Shown: positions 12,482 to 26,789, numbered from the stretch's first letter. The stretch is 64,000 bases of DNA from Octopus vulgaris (GCA_951406725.2 OX597815.1:113584001-113648000); one strand, 5' to 3'. Notes: generated by a model from the sequence alone, not told the origin. Translations and numbers: made by a program.

Positions 12482-12690
12482 TGATAGATAGATAGATTTA
12501 TAAATAGATAGAAACAGACAGAGACTGAGACAAACATGCAGACAGACAGGCAGGTAGGCAGACAGGCAGGCAGGCTGGCAGATAGACAGACAGATAGATA
12601 GATAGACACACAAACAGATAGATAGACATGCAGACAGACAGATAGATAGATAGATGGATAGACAGAGATAGACAGACAAATGGACAGACA
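12449..12690. repeat. Compound (AGAT)n/(AGAC)n microsatellite
   Basis: Direct reading. Confidence 0.95.
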
Positions 12691-13068
12691 AACAAAGAGA
12701 TAAAACAAACCAAATATGTAATAAAAAAAAAGTCTGCTGCAGGTATCTCATGATGAACTTAGGGAGAGAGACAATCTAGCATGGGAAACCAACATCTGCT
12801 GGGAGCTATAACATGAACTGTAGCAACAGCCTCAAAGCAAGATACCATCTTCATTTTGCATTGGTCATGACAGAACAAGCTATAGTAATTATAATAATTT
12901 TTATGATCATTATACATAACAGTTTTCTTTGTCTAAATAAATACATCATAACCATAGGCAAGCAGAAGAGATAGTCTCATGTGACGAACAAGACAGAGAT
13001 GCAAATTACAAAATACCTAAGTTATAAATGTTGGACATTTATAAGAATTGTATTAATTCATTTTCCAC

Positions 13069-13510
13069 AGTATAGGCGCAGGAGTGGCTGTGTGGTAAGT
13101 ATAGGTGCAGGAGTGGCTGTGTGGTAAGTAGATTGCTTACCAACCACATGGTTCCAGGTTCAGTCCCACTGCATGTCACCTTGGACAAGTGTCTTCTACT
13201 ATAGCTTCGGGCCAACAAGCATTTTCAGTGGATTTGGTAGATGGAAACTGAAAGAAGCCTGTCGCATATATTTATATGTATGTATATATATATATATATA
13301 TGTGTGTGTGTCTGTGTTTGTCCCCCCAACATCGCTTGACAACCGATGCTGGTGTGTTTGCGTCCCCGTAACTTAGCAGTTTGGCAAAAGCGACCGATAG
13401 AATAAGTACTAGGCTTACAAAGAATAAGTCCTGGGGTCAATTTGCTCGACTAAAGGCGGTGCTCCAGCATGGCCACAGTCAAATGACTGAAACAAGTAAA
13501 AGAGTAAAAG
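13069..13510 (+). mobile_element. Full-length SINE family A with 29-bp duplicated head
   Basis: agtataggcgcaggagtggctgtgtggta twice (13069-13126), B-box, body and gtaaaagagtaaaaga tail. Confidence 0.9.
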
Positions 13511-13641
13511 AATAAACTTTAACTACCCAGGCAAGTATTTAACAGAATTTTTTCCCTGAAATGTATGTGGAATTTCTTGAAAAGGATCCGAAAAGTGTGA
13601 CGTGCATGACATTGTGCAAAATCTTTTTCACCTGAAAATAT

Positions 13642-13859
13642 TGATCTCAAAATACAGCACAAGGCCAGAAATTTGGGGGAGGGGATAAGTCAATTTCATT
13701 GACCACAGTACTTAACTGGTACTTATTTTATTGACCTGGAAGGATGAAAGGCAAAGTCAACCTTGGTGGCAAAGTTGAACTCTGAATGTAAACATGGATG
13801 AAATGCTGCTAAGCATTTTGTCCAGCATGCAAACAATTCTGCCACCTCACCACCTAATT
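13642..13859 (-). mobile_element. SINE family B with about 12-bp TSD
   Basis: ACCTGAAAATAT at 13630-13641 and 13860-13871; family B core. Confidence 0.8.
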
Positions 13860-13966
13860 ACCTGAAAATATCAACTGCTAATTCCTCTGAATTTCCCCAG
13901 AGCAGCATAAAAAGTCTCACAGTATATATTTACATTGACCTTGAAATTTCAAAAAGTGCTGATTAA

Positions 13967-14186
13967 CCCTTTCGCTACTGTATTTGTTTTGAGATGCTTT
14001 GTATTTCTTTCAATTACTTTAAATATAACAAAGAATTTAGTAAAATAACTTAGTTATCATTAAGCTAGTGTTAGGAACATTGATTGTGACTAAGGTTTGG
14101 TGAAAGATTTTAATTCAAAATTTATGCAAACAAGACATTTGTACTCAGAGCCAGAGCTGGTTTCAGTCAGGTTGATGTCAAAAGGG
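13967..14186. mobile_element. piggyBac-like MITE (TTAA TSD)
   Basis: TTAA|CCCTTTCG...CAAAAGGG|TTAA; closely similar copy at 49834-50043. Confidence 0.85.
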
Positions 14187-14599
14187 TTAATTTGCTGAGC
14201 AGACTGTCTGTGGTTACAATTTTCATTCACCTGGTGTGACATGTATGACAATAAAAGGATGTAATATAAGTGACAAAAAGTTTCATGTTAAAGACAGCAC
14301 TGTAAGAGCATAAATTACGTTTTCATGTTGTTGATGATGATGATGATGACAACAAAGATATACATACATACATACTTGGTGATTCTGACACATCCTCTAG
14401 AGATAATTTTAAGTCAAAGATTTATGCTGAATAGTATTTGATATGCCTCTATATTGGTCATACACATACCACTGGTGACTCTGAAATATTTCCCTTAGTC
14501 CACTTACGTAAAAAAAGTCCCAAATATTTGTACTGGGTTTTTTTTATATTGTGAAAGTGTTGTTTGTTACAATTTTTCTTCCTTCTCATTATTTATAGT

Positions 14600-15725
14600 A
14601 GCTAACCATATTTTCAACTTTTTTTTTCTGACTTGCATCACTCCCTATACATTCAAACCCATATCCATAAACCTCTGCTTTCCATCTTAAATATATTTTA
14701 AATAACATCACATTCTTTAACTGAGAGTTCTTTCATCTGTGTTTTGTCTGTTCTGTCTTGACCATCTTTCTCACCATGTGCACGTTGCTACTATAAATTT
14801 AGAAGGTCTTCCTCACTGAAGTCCACATCAAGCAATTCTCTGGCATAACCTTTATCCATTGTAGTTATTTCCTGGTGTAAGCTAAATTGAATGATTTCTG
14901 CTAGAGCCTCTGTAACTTTGCCTCAGACAACCAAAATTATTTTCACTGTGAGGGATTATATTTTTCCAAACAGCTCCCAAGTTGTAGCAGTCTGTTACAT
15001 CACATCATGCATCATTAATATTTTTCAATGCTTATGAACGTATTCTTTATCTTAAAATTCTTCATACAATTAATTGCATTTTCTTCTGTTGACTTTTCAA
15101 TAGTCTTGGCAAAAGTTTAATTAGTATATCTTGAGTATTTCTCTCATCCTCTGGCCCATAAGTTATGACAAGGATATCATATTCTTTGATAAATACAAAC
15201 CCTTAACATCTCAACAGAAGTCACTAGATGCAATTCAGTGACTCTGAGCATTGTGCAAAGTAAAAAACTTTTAAAATCTAAATTTGTTGGTTTTTAATAT
15301 TATTTGGTTTCAGGTCAAAAACTACTCTAAAGCTTTTCTAATGTATTTACAATAAACTGGTGGGAATTGTAGTGGAATCTTTTAAAACATGCAGTTTTTC
15401 TGATCAATAAATTAACATGGGTTTTTATTTTAAATCACTTATAGCAATTCCACCCAATAAAAGTGTTAGACAATCATTAGTCACTTTGAACTAAAGATGC
15501 TATTTTCCTGTCTTCATTAAGTAAATTTTATTAGGTACCAATTTCTAAAACAATCCCTTTTTCTCAATAGATATTTTTTTCATTAACATAACCACTATTT
15601 TCAATGATTTAAAAAAAAAAATTCAGTGGGATATCATCTGTGCTTACAACCTGCTTCCATAACGTTATGGATTCTACAAAATATTATAAACATGTTGAAC
15701 CACCCAGAACTTCCAGAATGCATTA
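14600..15725 (-). mobile_element. Degenerate Tigger/pogo transposase
   Basis: Fragments KIIENSGY..GLF*KLVP..DCLTLLLGG..KPMLIY..LDFK..HNAQSH..AVWKNIIP match the TIGD/Tigger DDE domain; many stops. Confidence 0.75.
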
Positions 15726-15752
15726 CATTACTTACCTCTTCAATGATCCCCA

Positions 15753-16362
<610 letters not shown>

Positions 16363-16444
16363 GCTGTAATAATTACCCAGCACATAGGTTGAGAATACAG
16401 GTTGAAATGGGACAAAATTCAGACAAAATAAAAAATATATATAT

Positions 16445-16839
16445 GTATGCATTTGTGTGTCTGTGTTTGTCCCCCCACCATTGCTTGATAACTGATTTTG
16501 GTGTGTTTACATCCCTGAAACTTATTGGTTCAGCAAAAGAGACCAATAGAATAAGTACTAGGCTTAGAAAGAATAATTCCTGAAGTTGATTTATTCAACT
16601 AAAAGGCGGTGCTCCAGCATGGCCGCAGTCAAATGACTGAAACAAGTAAAAGAGTAAGAAGGTATATAACCAGGCATGTTTATGTTTTAAGAAGCTTGCT
16701 TTCCAACTGTTAAGTTTCTGGTTCAGTCCCTCTTGTGGGATCTAGGACAAGTGTCTCCTACTGTAGCCCCAGGCCAACCAAAGCCCTATGAGTGAATTTG
16801 GTAGACAGAAACTGAAAGAAGCCAGTTGTATATGTGTGC

Positions 16840-16873
<34 letters not shown>

Positions 16874-17217
16874 ATGCACATGTGTGTGTGTGTTTCCCCC
16901 ACCACCACTTAACTTGTGTTGGTTTGTTTACATCTCTGTAACTTAGTCACCATGGCGCTCTGTCAGTTATGATGTTGAGAGTCCCAGTTGATTCGATCAA
17001 TAGAACAGCCTGCTCCCGAAATTAAGGTGCATGTGGCTGAGCACTCCACAGATATGTGTACCTTTAACGTAGTTCTTGAGGAGATTCAGCCTAGTACTTA
17101 TTCTATCAGTCTCTTATGCTGAACTGTGAAGTTATGGGGACAAACACATCAACACTAGTTGTCAAGCCATGATGGGGTGAAAACACAGACACAAAGACAC
17201 AAACACAAAGTTACGCA

Positions 17218-17263
<46 letters not shown>

Positions 17264-17420
17264 TATACAATGGGCTTCTTCCAACTACCAAATTCACTTA
17301 CAAAGGTTTCGTTGACCCATGGCTGTAGTAGACAACACTTGCCAAAGGTGCCATACAGTGGGACTGAACTCAGGAACCATATGGTTGTGAAGCAAACTTC
17401 TTAAACATACAGCCACACTT
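16445..17420. mobile_element. Cluster of SINE fragments (family A on both strands and another SINE core at 16950-17090)
   Basis: Family A body and tail motifs in both orientations; core aacagcctgctc..gtggctgagcactccacaga. Confidence 0.7.
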
Positions 17421-17520
17421 AACCAATTCTTGTTGTATCTATGAATAATCTTTAATTTCCTACTAAGACCATAATACCAGTAACACTTATTTTCAGAACA
17501 AAAAAACCAAACAAGAGAAA

Positions 17521-17630
17521 TGCTATTTCACAACAAAGAACATAACAATAGCAATACTGTTTCACAACAAAGATTATAACAACAGAAACACTATTTCACA
17601 ATTAAGACCATTACAATGCAAAATCCTGTT
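17521..17630. repeat. About 34-bp minisatellite, about 3 copies
   Basis: ctatttcacaacaaag..ataacaa repeated. Confidence 0.7.
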
Positions 17631-17834
17631 TTAGTACAAATTATGGAACAAACCTACGCTAACAGTCTACATACTGCTGGCTCATTACCTGACTTTATGT
17701 CATAATGATACAGACATCCTACAGCATTTTCTCACCACATAACATTCCTCTTCATGCCACAACATAGCTAACTTTAGTAAGTGTAAAGTTAATATTAGTA
17801 CTGTAAAACAGTAAGCACCCTTTATGATATTATA

Positions 17835-18060
17835 TCTTTTATCTTTTAATTGTTAGTCATTAGACTGCAGCCATGCTGGGGCACCAACTTGAAGAATTGT
17901 TAGTTGGATGAATCAACCCAAGTATTTTTTTTTTTTTTTAGGCTTGGTACCTATTTTATTGTTCTCTTTTACCAAACTGTTAAGGTACGGGGACATAAAC
18001 AGGCCAACACTGGTTGCCGAGTGGTGGTGGGGGACAAACACAGACAGAAACACACATGCG

Positions 18061-18104
<44 letters not shown>

Positions 18105-18255
18105 ACAAGCTTCTTTCAGTTTCTGTCTAACAAAATAATCCATAAGGCTTTGGTCAGCCTGAGGCTATAGTAGAAGACACTTGCCCAAGGTGTCACGCAA
18201 TGAGACTGAACTCAGAACCATGTGGTCAGGAAGCAAGCTTTCTACCACACTGCCA
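17835..18255 (-). mobile_element. SINE family A
   Basis: Reverse complement of the family A consensus with an internal (CA)n. Confidence 0.85.
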
Positions 18256-18912
18256 CTATTATTGAAAATTATATATTTACTATTTATCTACCACAAAGGA
18301 TTAATATTCACAATAAAAACAAATTTCATACAGTTGGGACCCCGATGAACTCTGCTTGAACCAATCTATAATCAAACATGTTTCAACCATGATCATCCAG
18401 TTCTTTTTAATAGTATTTTAAACTACATTATCTAATGTGCCCTGTCCTCTTTTAAGAAGGTGGGGTATACTTTGTGGGAGATTAAGTTGCAATTTCTAGA
18501 AAATTGGGCTATCATTAGAGGCTCCCTTATGATGTTAGTGAGCATACTGCCTTTACCTTGTACATTCTCAATATATATGCCAGTGAACTTAGCAAGTATT
18601 TTTTGTGTAATACTTCCATTTCAACGCTAAATTCCACATACTTAATTTAAATTATTTCTTAAAAATCACTGATATTCCTAAATGCAGCAGATTAGATCTA
18701 ATTACTTGTAATTTCGCTCCACTCATTACTGAATAAATAATGATTCATTGTAGTTAATTAGTTTGCTCTTTTGTGAACCACACCCTGCAATATACTTGAA
18801 TAAATCTGCTTTTTTTACATTTATCATATAGAAATACACACACATAAATTTTACTTCTTCCTATCTAATTTTATATGTATGTGTGTATGAATGTGTGTGT
18901 GTGTGTGTGCGC

Positions 18913-18976
<64 letters not shown>

Positions 18977-18977
18977 A

Positions 18978-19852
18978 CAGGGTGCGATGAGTAAATTGTT
19001 GCCATTTTATAGTTTTAATTTCATGCATGTGCATTCCTTGTTTTTGATTTTGTCAACTACAGAGTATAGTAGTGTCAGTTGGGTATCATCTGTGAGAAAA
19101 ACAGCACCATGACACAATTCACTCTGGCAGAAATTTGGAAACAACATGCTGTACTGCTTGGCATTTGCACCGGAAGCTCCAATATGAACAGATGGTGAAC
19201 ACACAGAATAACCGTTGGCTTGCCGTGTCCCCAAAACACAAGAGTGATAAAAATCATACATCCAAACAATATCATGGTGTTTGGAGTGATCACTTGTGAT
19301 GGTGACATTATGACTCCTTTCATCTTCCCGCATGGCCTCAAACTCAACACAGAGGCCTACATCAAGTGCTAAGAGGAGGTAGTGCAGCCCTGGGTGAAGA
19401 GGGTGGCTGCTGGAAGACCCTATGTCTGGCAACAGGACTCTGCACCATGCCACACAAGTAGGAGAACCCAGTCATGACTGTCAGACAATTTCTATGATCA
19501 CATCACCCCTAACATCTGGTCATCTAACTCCCCAGACTGCAATCCTTTGATTATTATGTGTGGGGCACAGTTGACCAACAAAACTCCTTGTAACACCAAA
19601 GATGAACTGAAGGTGTGGATTATGGCAGCATTCCCAAATTTAAACAAGGAGACCTTCCAGAAGAGTTGCAGGAGATCCCAGATTCGTTTGGAAACTGTGG
19701 TTGAAGCTAATGGCGATTTTATTGAATAAATTTACTCTTTAGTATTCCAAAATATTTTAATGTAATTTTGGTAAATACATCTGTTAAAATGAAATGTCAG
19801 TGTTATTTTCATTATTGTGTAATTTAGACAACAATATATTCACTCCACCCTG
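18978..19852 (+). mobile_element. Internally deleted Tc1/mariner-superfamily transposon, DD37D (maT) type
   Basis: Termini CAGGGTG...CACCCTG|TA with imperfect TIRs. IMVFGVIT..YVWQQDSAPCH-(37 aa)-NSPDCNP(L)DYYVWG..EANGDFIE*; contains stops and a frameshift; N-terminal region deleted. Confidence 0.85.
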
Positions 19853-19859
19853 TATACTA

Positions 19860-20428
19860 GCTTTGTAAGCTAGAAATAAATAAAACTAGTATACTTTGCT
19901 GGATGTGCAATGTCAGTGTGAGCATCTTGAGAGAAAAGTTGGGCATGAGAGGCATCAGATGTGGTGTGCAAGAGAGACAACTGCACTGGTTTGGTGATAT
20001 GTATGGATGAGGACAACTGTGTAAAGAAGAGCCAATCCCTAACTCTGAAGGGAGCCTGTAGAAGAGATAGACATAAGAAGATATGGGACAAGGTGGTGAA
20101 GCATGATCTTTGAACATTGGGCCTCACGGAGGCAATGACAAGTGACCAAGACCTTTGGCGATATGCTGTGCTTGAGAAGATTTATCAAGCCAAGTGAAAT
20201 TGCAGATGTGACCGATGCCAGTGTCATGTAACTGGCACCTATGCTAGTGGGATGTGAAAAGCACCTATTACATTCTTGGAGTGGTTGGTATTTGGAAGGG
20301 CATTTAGCTGTAGAAACTATGCCAAATAAGACTGGAACCAAGTGTAGCTCTCTGGCTTACCAGTTGCAGTCAAACCATCTAACCTGTGCCAGCATGGAAG
20401 CAGAAGCTAAATAATGATGATGATGATA
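19860..20428 (+). mobile_element. 5'-truncated RTE-clade LINE (RT C-terminus, 3' UTR, (TGA)n)
   Basis: CWMCNVSV..LREKLGMRGIRCGVQERQLHWFG..WDKVVKHDL*TLGLTEAMTSDQDLWRYAVLEK followed by the common tail. Confidence 0.85.
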
Positions 20429-20545
20429 TATATATATATATATATATAATTGAAGATGCATGACTCAGTGGTTAGACTCACTGGCTTACAATCATGCAGT
20501 TGGAAGTTCAGTTCCCAGAGAGAGTGAGAGATAGATAGATAGATT

Positions 20546-20612
<67 letters not shown>

Positions 20613-20814
20613 TTAATGCACAATATATGGATTTAACTAATCTGGTGGTACTCATAAAAAAGCTCCTTTAATGGATCAGGCTACAAAGTACATAGTAAAC
20701 CAAAACAAAACAAAGGGATGTAATGTATGGTCTGATGCACTTAAAATCCAGTAAATCCAATTGGTAATGATTATTTCATTAGGAATATCTAAAATATATA
20801 TTCATCATCATTTC

Positions 20815-21354
20815 ATATTCCTTTTGGGTCATGCACAACATCTCACCACTTGTTTTCAATGTTCTTGATGAAGTTCAGTCTGATGAGATTAGCCTTCACC
20901 ACTTCTTTCCATGTCTTCCTCAGTCTCCTCTTCAAGAGGTTCATTTACATTTGCATCTCTTGGCACATCTGCTCAGCTGTCGTTCATATGCATCACATCT
21001 CTATACCAACACTTTTCTGTCATCCACACTACATGTAATTCCTCTAATAGCAAGTTTTTCTCTCAGCTCATTTGTTCTCCATTATCCAGTAGAACACGCT
21101 CGCTTTATTTATTTTCAGCCTTTGAACATTTTTACTATTAAATACCATTCGATATCACATTTCACTTGCAAGCATCACGCACTTCATCTTTCAATCACAG
21201 TGAGAAGCTCTTTGTGGTCAGAAGAAGTAGCAACTCCCTAAACTTTTCAATCTCTTCCTTTGAAGAACACACTCCACCACTGCTAATTCAGTTAATCATC
21301 ATAATCACTATCATCACCACCACTACGACCATCATCATCATCATCATCATCATC

Positions 21355-21409
<55 letters not shown>

Positions 21410-22919
21410 TCAATATCTAACATCTGCTTTCCATGCTGGCATGGGTTGGACAGCTTGAGAGAAACTGGCACGGTCAGGGTCCACACCAGTTTCCATTGTC
21501 TATTTTGGCTTGGTTTCTATGGCTGAATGCCCTTCCTAATGTCAACTACTCCCCGTGGCACCATCACCAGTGCTTTCTATGTTACACCAGCACCCATACC
21601 AATGCTTTTAATGTGGCACCTTGGTTTTAGGATCTCAATTTTAACGTGGGCAGATTACTTGCACACACACACACACATACACGATGGGCTTCTTTCAGTT
21701 TCCATCTACCAAACCCACTCACTCACAAGGCTTTGGTCAGTCTAAGGTTATTGTAAAAATCAATTGCCCAAGGTGTCACACAGTGAGACTGAACCCAGAA
21801 CCATGTGGTTGGAAAGCAAACTTCTTACCAAGCACCATGCTTGTGCATCTACTTATAAAGTCTTCCTTCTCTGTTAATTTGCTTGTGATCCCACTTCACC
21901 ATTTGCGTATCTATAGTTTATAGCAGGTTCATCCATAGTTTATAGCAGGTTCATCATCTGCTTCTTTTCTACATATTGAGCATGGTCACTTCCCAGATGA
22001 CAGTTAAGTCCTGTCATATATCCTGCTTAGTAAAACCTCTCAATTCAAGGCCTTAGCTTCTGAATTTGAAATTTCTTCTCTAATTCTTTCATAATTTCAA
22101 TCCTGCATAATTGGTCATAAATTCCTGTATTATGGCATTGAGAATGATATTAAACAAAATGCAGCTGAGAACCAAGTTTTTATAGGCACCTATCTTCATA
22201 TCAAATTCCTCACTAAACTTATTGCTAACTCTCAACTATTGACAATATCTCTGTTTTTTTGGTTTGCACAAATCTCACAAGCCATTCATCTACACCTAAT
22301 TTTCTTAGCAAACACTAAACTGTACAGCATGGATCTCAATCAAAGGTCTTCTTTAGGTCAACGAGTACTAGGTATAGTTACTTGCTTTTGACTCAGTTAC
22401 TTCTGTAGTTCTTTCACTAGAAGAGGGTACCACTCCTTAACACAAGCCTGAACTGCATCTTGTCTAAGCTAATTTTGTTTCTAACTAGTTATACTTTAAC
22501 TCTCTCTTGCTTTCAACTTGGTACATCAATTCAGTACACCTCTTTCATTACTTCATTCTAGAGTAGTGCTCCACAATTGGTATGCCATGGCACACTGGTG
22601 TGCCATGAGATGATGCTAAGTGTGCCACAGTGTAACCTGAATACAATTTATTTTCCCATACTTTTAGTTATATTTTTAGTTCAGGTATGCTGCTGAATTT
22701 TGAAAAGAATATAAGTGTACCACAAGTGAAAAGAGGTTGCGGAGCACTGTTCTAGAGTCTCTCCTTTGCCCTTATCATAACTGACAATGACCCTTTTGTG
22801 CCAGTAATTGGCAAGTGGCTATCACTCGTCCTACTTTCAACTATAGAGCTGTTAGTTTCAAAAGCTGGTTCCCTCTATTGGATCTACTCAGAATCCTCTC
22901 TGAATGCCTGTCTATTTTC

Positions 22920-22973
<54 letters not shown>

Positions 22974-23230
22974 CTCTCCCCCTCTCCCTCTCTCTCCCTC
23001 CCCATCTGCTCTCTTTCCTGTCTCTCTATCCCCCCCTCTCTCTGTCTTCTTGACACACACATCCTCTTTGCTGTGTAGTCTCATTTAGAAACTTCTTGAA
23101 CAACATTTAAACAACTTCTTCTTTTTGACATCAGTGATGTTAAGTGTGTTGCTCTCACTCCTTAAGCATTTTCCCCATTGATGGCCCAATTCCCATTGAT
23201 ATACTACTTTGCAATTCAGAATTCTTCATG
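20815..23230 (-). mobile_element. Old, fragmented RTE LINE carrying nested younger insertions
   Basis: Colinear relics GPSMGKMLK, SYDKGKGETLE, ISLDKMQF, VDLKKTFD, RKLGVDEWLV, RKTWKEVVK; interrupted by an RTE tail, a SINE, a hAT MITE and microsatellites. Confidence 0.7.
22564..22749. mobile_element. hAT (Charlie/Buster-type) MITE with 8-bp TSD
   Basis: TIR (T/C)AGTGCTCC(A/G)CAA; TSD TTCTAGAG at 22556-22563 and 22750-22757. Confidence 0.9.
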
Positions 23231-23274
23231 CCTCTATTCCTCAAAATTATTAGAGAATAAGAAAAGAATAAACC

Positions 23275-23735
23275 CAAGTAATTAAGTGAGATTGTAGTCA
23301 TGACCAGTGCCAGTGACATGTGAAAGGCACCCATGCCTGTGATATGTAAAAGGCACCAGTGCCAGGGACATGCAAATGTCACCTGTGCCAGTGACACATA
23401 AAAGGTGCTGATACTGGGTACACTTGAAAGGCACTCATGCTGGTGACATGTAAAAGGCACCCATTGTGGTGACATGTAAAAGACACCTGTGCCAGTGAAC
23501 TGTAAAAGGCACTCATGCTGGTGGCATATAAGAGGCACCCATGCTGGAAACAAGTAAAAACATCCAGTACACTCTACAGAGTGGTTGACATTAGGAAGGG
23601 TATCCAGCCATAGAAACCTAGCCAAAATAAATTGGAGCCTGGTGCAGCTCTCCAGCTTACCAGCCCCATTCAAACTGTCAATCCCATGCCAGCATGGAAA
23701 ATGGATGCTAAATTATGATGATGATGATGGTGGTG
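23275..23735 (+). mobile_element. RTE 3' end with about 8 tandem 28-30 bp units
   Basis: Repeats of tgc(c/t)(a/g)gtg(a/g)catgtaaaaggcacc, then the common tail and (TGA)n. Confidence 0.8.
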
Positions 23736-24794
23736 ATTTAACTGGAGAACGGCAGCTGATGCTCTGCCTGTTACTCTGGCTTTTTTCTTTTGACTTTACT
23801 TTGGTGGTTCAAATCATAGAGCCAGGATTATTTCAAGAAGTTTCTTTCATGATGTCTCTCTCATTTCACATTATAAGGTACCCAGGACAATTTCTAACTT
23901 CACGTCACCAATTATTTTTTGAAATCAGTGCTTTTGTTTTTGTTGCAATAAAATTCCTTATAGAATAATTCATTTTCCCCTTGTTCAGTACATACAAATT
24001 CAATATCTAGAACCTCCATAATAACAGTTAGTAAGTAAAAGAAATGAAAGAAACACAATGTGTGTATACACCTTGAGTGTGTTATTTTGATATCTTTTTA
24101 GAGTAAACATTTATCATTGTCAGAAGCAGAACAAAAAAAAAATCATTTCCTCAAGCCTAATCAGTTTTGCTTGCGACATGATTATTTTTAACCAACGAAA
24201 CTAATTTTGCTCTGACAGATTTATAGTTGGGCCTGTGATAGTGGAGACCTCCTGTATTCTCGGCCCTCAGACCATATCTTTGTTTACCACTATTGAGGCA
24301 GAGATGGCTATCTGCAAGTGTGATCCTGGTGAGTCAGAATGGCGCATCTCCCTTTCCAACCTTTGTGACAATGCCTTTTCCCTTTTTTATCTGAAAGGAC
24401 CATGAGGTGGTCTGAATTACAAGAAATGGAGAGAATGTAAAAATTTTGTACCTTACTACCCGTAATTGGATTTTATATAATTAAGACCTTCTATCTTGGG
24501 GTTAGTCGGGCTCATTGTGCATTGCAAAACTTCATTGTAAACCTTAATTTGTTGTTTTAATTCCTTTTCTTTTATTAAATATTTTCATCTTCACTTGTCA
24601 AATTCTAAACTGAAAGAAAAAAACCTAGCTTGCCATGGCCTGTTACCATCTTCCACTCATCGCATATCTATTTCTGGTTAATCTGCTTAGGTGTAGAAAC
24701 TACCTCAACAAATTCCACCTGATCAATGCAATGCAAGCATGGAAGAGTGTGCATTAAAAACAGTGATAATGTCTGCGTTGATGATGATGCTGAA

Positions 24795-24843
<49 letters not shown>

Positions 24844-24959
24844 GTGTGCATGTGTGTGCATGTGTGTACATGCATGTAATATAAACATTATATTCTTCTC
24901 ATTTTAGTACTGAACATTTCTTGTGTTTGAATGCATTAGCATGTATTTGTTTCATTATA

Positions 24960-24997
<38 letters not shown>

Positions 24998-25009
24998 ACA
25001 CACATACAG

Positions 25010-25280
25010 TAAAGACCCCCTTTGGTCACGAATGACCATGAGATTGCACCTAGACTGTTCCCTTCTGAGGCACAGGTCCAGGCAAGGCTATTTGTGGATG
25101 GCCAGCAGTCACCCATGCATACCAGCCTCCCCTCTCCATGCCACCAATATTATCCAAGGAAAAGCAAAGGCCAATATAGTTAGGCACCAGTGATGTTGAA
25201 ACCCATTTCTACAGTGTCTTGCACAAGAACACAACACACAGCCCATCACAATTAGAAGCTTGATGCTCTAACCACTGAAC
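25010..25280 (-). mobile_element. SINE family C (second partial copy 31310-31485, plus)
   Basis: Shared gaatgaccatgagat..gaggcaca..ccagcctcccctctccat..ttatccaagg; head gtgtgttgtgttcttg..caagacac. Confidence 0.65.
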
Positions 25281-25305
25281 CATATATATATGTAATATAT
25301 ACATA

Positions 25306-26405
25306 TACTAGCTAACACACCCATCCTTTGAATGGTTTAAGTTGCTTTGGTGGTATTTTTTTCACCAAATAATTGAACTACTGGGAAGGTTTATGAGTAG
25401 CATGGCAGATTAACTGAGGAGCAGAAAACCAAATTGGAGTCTGGTTTTTGTAGAGGTCATTGCACTTTAAAGATCATAGAACATACAATTTTGCAAGCGA
25501 TGCAAAGTAGAACTGCTGAAGTGTTTGGGTGTAGATTATGGATAATGACTACAAAACATAGTTGTTTTACATGAAAGTGAACTTTTTTGTCAGAAACAGT
25601 CACATGAATGTAAGTTTATTTTATTCAACAGCAAAGGAAGATATTTTTTCGGAGAGAAGTATGATTAGTATGTTTAAAAATGGCAATATAATACCTACTT
25701 GAAAAAGTAGAGGTAAAGGAATGTATTTGCCATGTGCTTACAGTCAGTGGTGGACTGGGTCTAAAAATATTGGTTGTCAGGAGACTAAGGGGGCCCATTC
25801 ACAACTACAATGCTATCATTTAATTCATTTTTTTTTTTGTTAAAAGTACTCTTTTCAACTGTCTACAAACACAGCTAGGCTAAAATAATTAATGCATTCT
25901 TCCAGGAGTGAATTAAAAATTCACAAACTTGAGGGGATGGACCCCTTAGATACTAACACGGGCCCCTATATATGGATTCTAATGGTGCAGGGGATCACTT
26001 GCCATCGAGCAAGCTGGCAACATGGCCGGTCTGCCACTGCTTACAGTGTATGACCACTCTGAAATTGACTTTAGATAGCGAAAAATGAAGACACGAAGAG
26101 TTTGACTTCAGTTCACAAATACTGCTTTGAATCTTTAGCAGTTCACAGTGAAAAGATAGCACTTTGAAATATCATAATGGATGGGTAAATAAGCACCCTT
26201 AAAGTGGAAGGGAACATCAACTTTCAAGTAACTCAGAATAGGTAAAAGTAAGCTTGCCAAAGTTTAATGCAGTTTAAATATGGAGACTAAGATTGTTTGG
26301 TATTGAATATTCATCGTGTACAGTGTTCCTCGTCAATTTAACCACAGTCGCAGGTGGACAGTCAAAATGAATAAATAGACAAAATCCTTTCACTTTTATA
26401 ATATT
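25306..26405 (-). mobile_element. Non-autonomous Helitron-like element
   Basis: Minus-strand 3' end: imperfect hairpin accattc-aaa-ggatgggt then ..agCTAG|T; distal end resembles tattataaaagtgaaagg. An adjacent Helitron-like piece lies at 26420-26735. Confidence 0.5.
25745..26039. mobile_element. hAT MITE with 8-bp TSD nested in the Helitron-like element
   Basis: TIR CAGTGGTGGACTGG / CCGGTCTGCCACTG; TSD CTTACAGT at 25737-25744 and 26040-26047. Confidence 0.9.
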
Positions 26406-26739
26406 CTCTAACCAAGTAACATATCAATACACAATAACATATAAATAAACAATAAATCAAAAAAATGTGAAACAGATTAAAAAATATTCTCTATAGATTA
26501 AAAAAGTGTGGAAGACCTTACATACAAAAACACTATGTACATACAACGAATTAGAGAAAACCTCATGTAAACTACCATTTTTCCCTGTCTGTCTTGTTAC
26601 ATGGGAGCTCTGGGAAAAATGTTATAGTGCATGACCATCTTTGGGACATAAGTAATGTGTGTGTAAAGTTTGAGAATTATGGAAATGTATGTGTTAGTCA
26701 ATATACACACACATACTGTGATTTACATAAACTAGTTAT

Positions 26740-26743
26740 CATC

Positions 26744-26789
<46 letters not shown>

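Noticed and set aside
24334-24336. Selenocysteine read-through of a minus-strand TGA joining two short frames
   Set aside because: No selenoprotein homology or recognisable SECIS, and the upstream frame is broken.
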